A program made the translations under genes and the position numbers. The notes beneath the pieces are model-generated. The model saw only the letters and a list, made by a program, of their open reading frames with translations. It was not told where the DNA came from and made no database searches. Shown one piece after another: positions 1 through 6,880 of a stretch of 37,254 nt of DNA (position 1 is the first letter of the stretch; each line of letters starts with the position of its first letter). Location: contig JAMOMH010000067.1 in the NCBI GenBank assembly GCA_027068675.1, positions 1 to 37,254 on the forward strand. Reading direction: 5' to 3'. The stretch is from Sedimenticola sp. GTDB taxonomy: Bacteria; Pseudomonadota; Gammaproteobacteria; Chromatiales; Chromatiaceae.

Positions 1-2502
1 GATAGCGATATAAATGATCCATTCGCAACCACACTCAATGTTAGCAACAATGATTTCCCTATTGCTCAGGTCATACCCAACTTCTCTACCGTACAAGGCT
101 TCGCAACAAAAACAGGAACAGGACGTACTCAGAACGCTGACCGTTTTGCTACAACGGGTGATGAGTTTGATATCTACCATGTCATGTTGCAGCAAGATCA
201 GCTGGTACAGCTACATGTCGTCGATTTTAATGGCCAGGATATTTTTACCGGTGACCTGGATTTATTCCTTTTCGATATTAGTAAAAATATGGTTGCTTTC
301 TCAAACTTTGCAGATGAGTTTAAGAGTCTCCGTGTTCCCAGTGATGGGGAGTATTACATCCAGGTGCAGGCTTCAGCAGGCACATCAAAATACACACTAT
401 CATTGACCGGCGTGCAGCCACTTAGCGCACCCAGCAAGCAATCTTTAGATTTTAGAGTCGGCGAGGCGGTGGTGCAGTTTAAACCTGTTGCATTTACTCA
501 AGGGATCAACAGGGCCGCTCTCTCCATGCGTCTTAACCACACCCACACCTCACGCGCAACATTGGCTCACTTCGAGACCATGCAGACTAACCTAGCAACC
601 ACTCTCACTCCATTAGTCAGCTCAGCCATGCAGACGTTGAAAAGAGATAACCCCGAGAGTTATCAAAAACTAAAGACCCTACAACAGATTAAAACATTAA
701 GTTTGCGTGATGATGTTGAGTATGCCGAGCCAAACTACATATATCGTGCATATAGAGTACCCAATGACCCACATTATGAATATCAGTGGCACTACCCCGC
801 AATCAATCTTCCTCAAGCATGGGACATCACCACCGGCAGCCGTGTCGGTTCAGATGTCATTGTCGCGGTGGTTGATACAGGTGTCTATCTTGCCCACCCA
901 GAGTTTTTTGGCCAGCTAGTCTCTGGATATGACTTTATCTCCGACCCTCAAAATGCACTTGATGGTGATGCCATTGATAACGACCCAGATGACCCAGGGG
1001 ATAGCGCACAAATTGGCAGCAGCAGCTGGCACGGCACCCATGTATCAGGCACTATCGCGGCAAAATCTAATAACTCAGTAGGCCTTGCTGGGGTGGCATG
1101 GGATGCGAAGATAATGCCACTTCGCGTACTCGGCGCTCACGATGGATCAGGCTATGACATCAACCAGGCCATTCTATTTGCTGCGGGCTTACCCAATGAT
1201 AGCGGCACGGTACCCACCCAAAAGGCAGATATTATCAATCTCAGTCTTGGTGGTAGTGGCTACTCACAAGCGGCTCAAGATACCTACAACCTAGTGCGAA
1301 ATGCTGGTGTATTAGTCGTGGCAGCAGCCGGTAATGCCAATAACAGCCAGCTCCACTACCCCGCCTCCTACGATGGGGTTATCTCAGTCAGTGCCACTGA
1401 TTTTGCCAACAACCGCGCCCCCTACTCCAGCTTTGGCAGACGAGTTGATGTGGCTGCGCCAGGTGGATCAGTCGGTGCAGACCTCAATGGAGATGGTTAT
1501 GGTGACGGTATCTTAAGCACGCTAGTCAATGATTCCTCAGGAAGTCGCACCCCTGCATATAATTTCTACCAAGGGACTTCAATGGCGACACCTCACATAG
1601 CGGGGGTTTTAGCACTGATGAGAGCCGTCTACCCTGAACTCTCACCTGACGATGTCGATGGACTGCTCTCCACAGGAGCCATCACCACCGACATTGGTGC
1701 CGCAGGTCGAGATGACTATTTCGGCCACGGTTTAATCGATGCTCTCAAAGCTGTACAAGCCGCTCAAACATTAGCCAATGACGGTGTTGCCCCCGTTCAG
1801 CCAGCCCTAATTGAAGCAACACCGGCACAAATCAGCTTTGGTCAGCTAAGCAACATAACACTTAATTTGAGCAATAGTGGCGGTGCCACAGCCTCAGTCG
1901 ATAACATCACCATCAATGGCAGCTGGCTGAGTGCCACACCAACAACCATTGATGGTAACGGCATGGGTGACTACTTAATCTCTGTTGATCGCACCAATCT
2001 GACCGACTCCACCTATCAAGGCAGCATCACCTTTGAATTGAGTACAATCGTCTCTGGGTTGAGTATAAGTAGTCATGTTGTTGTCCAGGTCTCTATTCTT
2101 GTCGGCAATGCAGATAACTCAGGCAACATCGGTACACTCTACATTTTACTGCTTGATGTTGATGACAACATCATCAAACAGACGACTCCCATTGCTGCAG
2201 GGAATGGTGAATTCACCTATCAATTTAATGATATCGCACCAGGTGACTACCGCATCATTGGTGGCTCAGATATCGATAATGACCTCTATCTCTGCCAGAT
2301 AGCAGAGATATGTGGTGGCTACCCAACAACCAACAGCCTAATGCAGCTCACCACGACAAATATCGACATCACCCAGCTCAACTTTGTTGTTGATATCCTC
2401 ACTGACTGGAGCACAGGTTCATTGGTAGCACCTGATGAAGCCCTCTTTGGCCCAACAGGCATCCTACGTTTACCCCTGCAAAATAAGCAGATCAAAAGGT
2501 AG
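1..2502 (+). CDS. Secreted subtilisin-family (MEROPS S8) serine protease; 5' end lies outside the window
   Basis: Frame 1 is open from nt 1 into ORF 184..2502, so the gene starts upstream. Catalytic triad motifs are VAVVDTGV (Asp), HGTHVSGTIAA (His) and GTSMATPHIAG (Ser). There is an N-terminal PPC/pre-peptidase-like domain (DEFDIYHV...GEYYIQVQA...YTLSL), an I9-like propeptide ending EYAEPNYIYRA, and C-terminal beta-sandwich/PPC-like domains (GDYRIIGGSDIDND). Confidence 0.9.
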   Translation, partial: DSDINDPFATTLNVSNNDFPIAQVIPNFSTVQGFATKTGTGRTQNADRFATTGDEFDIYHVMLQQDQLVQLHVVDFNGQDIFTGDLDLFLFDISKNMVAFSNFADEFKSLRVPSDGEYYIQVQASAGTSKYTLSLTGVQPLSAPSKQSLDFRVGEAVVQFKPVAFTQGINRAALSMRLNHTHTSRATLAHFETMQTNLATTLTPLVSSAMQTLKRDNPESYQKLKTLQQIKTLSLRDDVEYAEPNYIYRAYRVPNDPHYEYQWHYPAINLPQAWDITTGSRVGSDVIVAVVDTGVYLAHPEFFGQLVSGYDFISDPQNALDGDAIDNDPDDPGDSAQIGSSSWHGTHVSGTIAAKSNNSVGLAGVAWDAKIMPLRVLGAHDGSGYDINQAILFAAGLPNDSGTVPTQKADIINLSLGGSGYSQAAQDTYNLVRNAGVLVVAAAGNANNSQLHYPASYDGVISVSATDFANNRAPYSSFGRRVDVAAPGGSVGADLNGDGYGDGILSTLVNDSSGSRTPAYNFYQGTSMATPHIAGVLALMRAVYPELSPDDVDGLLSTGAITTDIGAAGRDDYFGHGLIDALKAVQAAQTLANDGVAPVQPALIEATPAQISFGQLSNITLNLSNSGGATASVDNITINGSWLSATPTTIDGNGMGDYLISVDRTNLTDSTYQGSITFELSTIVSGLSISSHVVVQVSILVGNADNSGNIGTLYILLLDVDDNIIKQTTPIAAGNGEFTYQFNDIAPGDYRIIGGSDIDNDLYLCQIAEICGGYPTTNSLMQLTTTNIDITQLNFVVDILTDWSTGSLVAPDEALFGPTGILRLPLQNKQIKR

Positions 2503-2508
2503 TAACCA

Positions 2509-2979
2509 ATGTTTTATCACAGCAACAGGTGGCCTCTCTTTCAAGTAGTGATACTTGCAATACTCATCGTAAATATCAGCGCATGTAGTGAGCAGAGGTT
2601 ACCCATCACATCAATCTACGCTTCCAATAGCTGCGGTTTTGCAGAGAAGCAGATCAAACATATAAGCTCAACGTCAGAACTCAACTATTTTTTTTCCGCC
2701 CTGCCCTACCACTTCCCTGAAAAGGCACAAACAGCACCCACTGTTGATTTTGAAACTAAGATGGTGATCCTCTATGCCCTAGGGCAGAGGCCCAATACCG
2801 GTTATAGGATTGAGCAGTATGAAGATTTTGCCATTATACAAAATAGGACTCTGCTGCTGCCCATACGTACTCAGCAGCCCGATGCAGAGCGTCTCTATGG
2901 AGAGATGATCACAACACCGTGTCAATTTTTCACACTCCCTAAAAGAGCCTTTTCAAAAATAGTCACCGGCTCTCACTAA
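2509..2979 (+). CDS. Lipoprotein, PrcB C-terminal-domain-like (protease-associated)
   Basis: Starts 7 nt after the protease stop. Has a signal peptide with lipobox ISAC. The segment VILYALGQRPNTGYRIEQ...LLLPIRTQQP...MITTPCQFFTLPK fits my recollection of the PrcB_C pattern (G-x-x-P-T-G-G-Y, then a beta-rich tail). The family call is from memory only. Confidence 0.55.
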   Translation: MFYHSNRWPLFQVVILAILIVNISACSEQRLPITSIYASNSCGFAEKQIKHISSTSELNYFFSALPYHFPEKAQTAPTVDFETKMVILYALGQRPNTGYRIEQYEDFAIIQNRTLLLPIRTQQPDAERLYGEMITTPCQFFTLPKRAFSKIVTGSH

Positions 2980-3256
2980 GAGGCAGATCAGTCAAGGGCC
3001 ACCAAACCATTGACCCCGATGAAAGAACCTCTCCATATTACTCAACTTAGCCAGTCATCCTCTTATTAAATAAGCAAATATCTCATATGAAACCATAAAT
3101 AATATAAAGTTCTACCAAAAACGGTCGACATCATAATAGACTAGCCAAATAAGAAGCAGATTCCTATTCTGTATATTATCAATGCACTGGGGTTACCCAT
3201 GCAATTTTTAAACATAAATGGAGAGCCTCCCCTTTTAGCAAAAGTCAGGGGATATT

Positions 3257-4063
3257 TTGAATAACATGAATAAACTTCAACTCTCTGAGTTGATGGTTGC
3301 ACTTGTTGAACCATCATCTACCCAACGCCGTATCATTACCCGCTACCTTGGTGAGCTGGGTATTACTCATATTGAGACCATCACCATTGATGATAATCCC
3401 ATTGAGCAGATTCAGAGATTAAAGCCCGACTTAGTTATCAGCGCCCTCTATCTGAGCAATCAGCTAACAGGTACTGCTCTTGTCCATCAGATGCGTGAAA
3501 ACAGCACGCTCAGTAACACTGCATTTATGTTGATATCCAGCGAGACACGTTTTCGCTATCTCGACCCCATTCGTCAAGCAGGTGTCATTGCCATCCTGCC
3601 AAAACCCTTTTCTATCAATGAGCTTAAAATCGCCCTCAACTCCACGCTTGAGTATATCGACCCCAATGAGGTTGAACTAACCAACTATGAGCCAGAGAAC
3701 CTACAGGTACTGATTGTCGATGACAGCCCAATGGCACGAAAACATATTCAGCGTGTTCTTAGAAATATGGGATTACAAAATTTTACCGAAGCAGTTGATG
3801 GTGCTGAAGGGATAAAAATGATCAATGAGCACTATTTTGATTTGGTCGTTACCGATTACAACATGCCAAACATGGATGGCGGTGAGCTAGTAGACCAAAT
3901 CCGCAGTAACAGCGAACAATCAGGAATACCTATATTAATGGTCACGAGTGAATCCAGTGAAAATCGGTTAGCTGCTGTTCAGCAGTCTGGCGTCTCAGCC
4001 ATCTGCGATAAGCCTTTTGAGCCGGCCACAGTTAAACAGCTGCTGGAAAAGCTCTTCTCTTAA
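3257..4063 (+). CDS. Tandem-receiver (REC-REC) response regulator with no output domain; the first receiver is degenerate
   Basis: REC2 is canonical CheY-like (LIVDDSPMARK, DLVVTDYNMPNMDG, MVTSES, CDKPF). REC1 has EP for the acidic pair, Ala at the phospho-acceptor position (DLVISALYLSN), and keeps the Lys (LPKPF). The track start is TTG 3257; ATG 3266 is an alternative. Confidence 0.85.
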   Translation: MNNMNKLQLSELMVALVEPSSTQRRIITRYLGELGITHIETITIDDNPIEQIQRLKPDLVISALYLSNQLTGTALVHQMRENSTLSNTAFMLISSETRFRYLDPIRQAGVIAILPKPFSINELKIALNSTLEYIDPNEVELTNYEPENLQVLIVDDSPMARKHIQRVLRNMGLQNFTEAVDGAEGIKMINEHYFDLVVTDYNMPNMDGGELVDQIRSNSEQSGIPILMVTSESSENRLAAVQQSGVSAICDKPFEPATVKQLLEKLFS

Positions 4064-4213
4064 GGTGGACAGCATTAGAGACCTAGGCGATAGTAACCAA
4101 AGTAGTGGAGGCCGCGCCGGAATAACCCTATCATTAATAAGATATTTACCTATTATTACCACTATTACACTCCAGCATTAAAGGGCAACGCCCACAAACT
4201 AGAGATAACGATT

Positions 4214-5275
4214 ATGCCTGTTGTACTAATAATCGATGATCAGTCTATCAGCCGGATGATACTTGATGAGTTGATACGCTCAATCTCTCCTGACATCACA
4301 ACCCAATCATTTGCAGACCCTGTAGCCGCACTGGAGTGGGCTAAAAATAATACGCCTGACTTAGTTTTAACCGATTTTAAAATGCCCAATATGGATGGCA
4401 TTGAGTTTACTCAGTGGCTACGCAAAATCCCCTCATCTTGTGATATTCCCGTTGTCATTATCACCTGCATTGAGGATAAAGCGATCCGCTATCGTGCATT
4501 AGAGTCTGGCGCAACTGACTTCCTAACCAAACCCATCGATCACAATGAGTGCCGGGCCAGGTGTCGCAATTTATTAACCCTACGACGCCAACAGGCCATC
4601 ATAAAAGATCGCGCACGCTGGCTTGAAAATGAGATTGTAGAGACCACTAATGAGCTAAAATTACGAGAAAAAGAGACACTCTTTCGTCTAGCAAGAGCAG
4701 GAGAATTTCGCGATGTAGAGACGGGCAATCATGTCTTACGTATGGCGCAATATGCTCACAAAATAGCTAAAGAGCTATCTATTCCAGATCATCAATGTGA
4801 TCTTATTTTGCATGCAGCCCCCATGCATGACATCGGTAAAATTGCAATATCTGACAAGGTGTTGCTAAAGAATGGCAAGCTTAACTCAATTGAGTGGAGT
4901 GAGATGAAAAATCACAGCCTACGGGGCTTCGATATTTTATGTAATAGCCCCTCCAAATATCTACAGCTTGGCGCACTCATCGCTCGCTCTCATCACGAAC
5001 GATATGATGGCCAAGGTTACCCGGATGGTCTTAAAGGTGAAGATATCCCGATTGAGGCGCGGATAGTTGCTGTTGCTGATGTCTTTGATGCTCTCGTCTC
5101 TTCACGCCCCTACAAACAAGCTTGGAGTATAGAGAAGGCTCTCAACTACCTAACATCAGAGCGTGGACAACACTTTGATAGCCAATGTGTTGATGCATTT
5201 ATTACCCATTTTGATGAGGTTGAAGCCATCATGAGTAAACTAAAAGATAAGCCTATCCCTCCCAAAACAATGTAA
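4214..5275 (+). CDS. REC + HD-GYP response regulator (c-di-GMP phosphodiesterase, RpfG-like)
   Basis: The receiver is canonical (LIIDDQSISR, DLVLTDFKMPNMDG, LTKPI). The HD-GYP domain has motifs HDIGK and HHERYDGQGYP. The gene lies in a cluster with RpfC-like and RpfF-like genes. Confidence 0.9.
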   Translation: MPVVLIIDDQSISRMILDELIRSISPDITTQSFADPVAALEWAKNNTPDLVLTDFKMPNMDGIEFTQWLRKIPSSCDIPVVIITCIEDKAIRYRALESGATDFLTKPIDHNECRARCRNLLTLRRQQAIIKDRARWLENEIVETTNELKLREKETLFRLARAGEFRDVETGNHVLRMAQYAHKIAKELSIPDHQCDLILHAAPMHDIGKIAISDKVLLKNGKLNSIEWSEMKNHSLRGFDILCNSPSKYLQLGALIARSHHERYDGQGYPDGLKGEDIPIEARIVAVADVFDALVSSRPYKQAWSIEKALNYLTSERGQHFDSQCVDAFITHFDEVEAIMSKLKDKPIPPKTM

Positions 5276-5379
5276 CCCAAGGTTTTCAGACTCTGGAAAC
5301 AGGTGCATAGTGTTCTACACTACGTAGGGATAATGGTATATTTCGATTAAAAGAGTGAGGTATTTTTATTTGCTCAGCG

Positions 5380-5456
5380 TAAGGGAAGCTCTAAAGTAAG
5401 TCTGGTTGAATTTCAGACGGTATAAAACAATCATGATTTGTTCAGAGCTTCCCTAA
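5380..5456. mobile_element. MITE-like repeat, copy A (71-bp minimal form)
   Basis: Perfect 10-bp terminal inverted repeats GGGAAGCTCT (5383-5392) and AGAGCTTCCC (5444-5453), flanked by direct TAA (5380-5382 and 5454-5456). The interior matches modules of copies B-E (agtctggttg; taaaacaatcatg). A degenerate arm-like fragment may extend left to about 5333. Confidence 0.8.
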
Positions 5457-5534
5457 GATAGATAGACCTGAACTTTAAATCCGCACTTTATGAAGCAGTC
5501 TAGAGATACCAAATTTAATTAAGAGTAGAGAATA

Positions 5535-6869
5535 TTGAGCCTTTTTAACATCTCATTTACACGGAAATTTCTTCAGCTCTTTTCCGGTGCAAATAACACC
5601 CTCTGCAATAGCAGTGAGATAGCACAAAATATCCTATTGATATCAGCTAATAATCACCATGCAGATAAACTCACTGAGCAACTCAACACTTGGGGCTACC
5701 AAGTTGAGCATTATCACTCAACTGAAGAGGCTTTATGCCGCTTGGCAGACACCATCAGTAGAACCAATTTTAAAGCGCTCATCTTCGACCAACGCCACCT
5801 AAGTATTGACCCAAAGTGGTTCATAGAAAAACTGCATCACTCACTGCCACTGACCTCCCTAACAACCATATTAGTTGGGCCACAACCATCAAAATGTGAG
5901 CAGGCGCTACTAAAAAAGGCAGGGTATCACTTTCAAGTAGCAACCCCTCTCGATACACGCCGCCTATTTTCTGCACTGCACACCCCAGTAGAGAATATCG
6001 AAAATTGTGCTGGCATCTCAAACCTCCTTGATAAATTTAACGATATTTACCCAAGGCTCTCAGCTAAAAAAATACTCCTGGCGGTACAGGACAATAAAAC
6101 TGTTGATCTAGCCAAAAACACGTTAGAGAAACAGGGGCACACCGTTTCTGTTGCAAAGGATGGGCAGCAGGCACTGCTCGCACTTGAGACAACACATTTT
6201 GATATCACCATCATTGAAAAAGAGCTACCTCTATTGAGCGGTATACAGGTGGTTAACATTCACCATCTTGACTGCCCATCAGATCAATGGATGCCGTTTA
6301 TTTTATTACTTGAGGAGGGGAGCGTTGAAAACTACCCATCCAGCCAAGTAAAAGCCTACCTAGCCAAACCTATTAACAGCCAACAGCTCATAAAAACACT
6401 ACATAACTTAGTCCATCAGCAGAGTATTCATCCTAAAAATATCCCCTGTAAGCAACCACCAACTCTCCACCACATGAGCCTCTTAAACGCCGTTCAAGAG
6501 ACCACACTGGTGGAACAAACTATTCTTGAAGAGTTAAATGCGATGAGTAGCAGTAGTCACTTTATCCATCAGCTCATTCATCTTTTTGAAGAGGATGGAA
6601 AAAGAACCCTGCAAGAGCTTTATGAAGCTGTAGCATCCGATGATTTTGCCTATTTTAAAGAGATGGCTCATCTGCTACTCGACAGCTCCAGTTTTTTAGG
6701 CACCAGCCGATTCTATGAATTAAGTCTTCATGCAACCCAAATCAACAAAAGAGAGTTCACTGAGAGTGCCGAGAGCATTCTTAGAGGGCTAGAAGAGACA
6801 TTTAACATAACCACTACCGAACTATTTCAATACCTGTCAGAAAAAACAGACTCTCTATCTAATTCATAG
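5535..6869 (+). CDS. Degenerate receiver domain(s) + C-terminal Hpt-like domain protein
   Basis: The central REC-like domain has QD for the acidic pair and Glu at the phospho-acceptor position (DITIIEKELP), and keeps the Lys (YLAKPI). An N-terminal REC-like region is also degenerate. The C-terminus is Hpt-like with the His retained but a non-canonical context (AHLLLDSSSFLG versus HxLKGSSxxLG). There is no in-frame ATG near the 5' end; the track start is TTG 5535, so the start is uncertain. Confidence 0.7.
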   Translation: MSLFNISFTRKFLQLFSGANNTLCNSSEIAQNILLISANNHHADKLTEQLNTWGYQVEHYHSTEEALCRLADTISRTNFKALIFDQRHLSIDPKWFIEKLHHSLPLTSLTTILVGPQPSKCEQALLKKAGYHFQVATPLDTRRLFSALHTPVENIENCAGISNLLDKFNDIYPRLSAKKILLAVQDNKTVDLAKNTLEKQGHTVSVAKDGQQALLALETTHFDITIIEKELPLLSGIQVVNIHHLDCPSDQWMPFILLLEEGSVENYPSSQVKAYLAKPINSQQLIKTLHNLVHQQSIHPKNIPCKQPPTLHHMSLLNAVQETTLVEQTILEELNAMSSSSHFIHQLIHLFEEDGKRTLQELYEAVASDDFAYFKEMAHLLLDSSSFLGTSRFYELSLHATQINKREFTESAESILRGLEETFNITTTELFQYLSEKTDSLSNS

Positions 6870-6880
6870 CAGAAGCAGCC

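Noticed and set aside
14-406. 130-aa ORF at the window start
   Set aside because: It is out of frame with, and fully overlapped by, the subtilase reading frame, which is open from nt 1 and has clear domain homology. Its composition looks like a shadow ORF.
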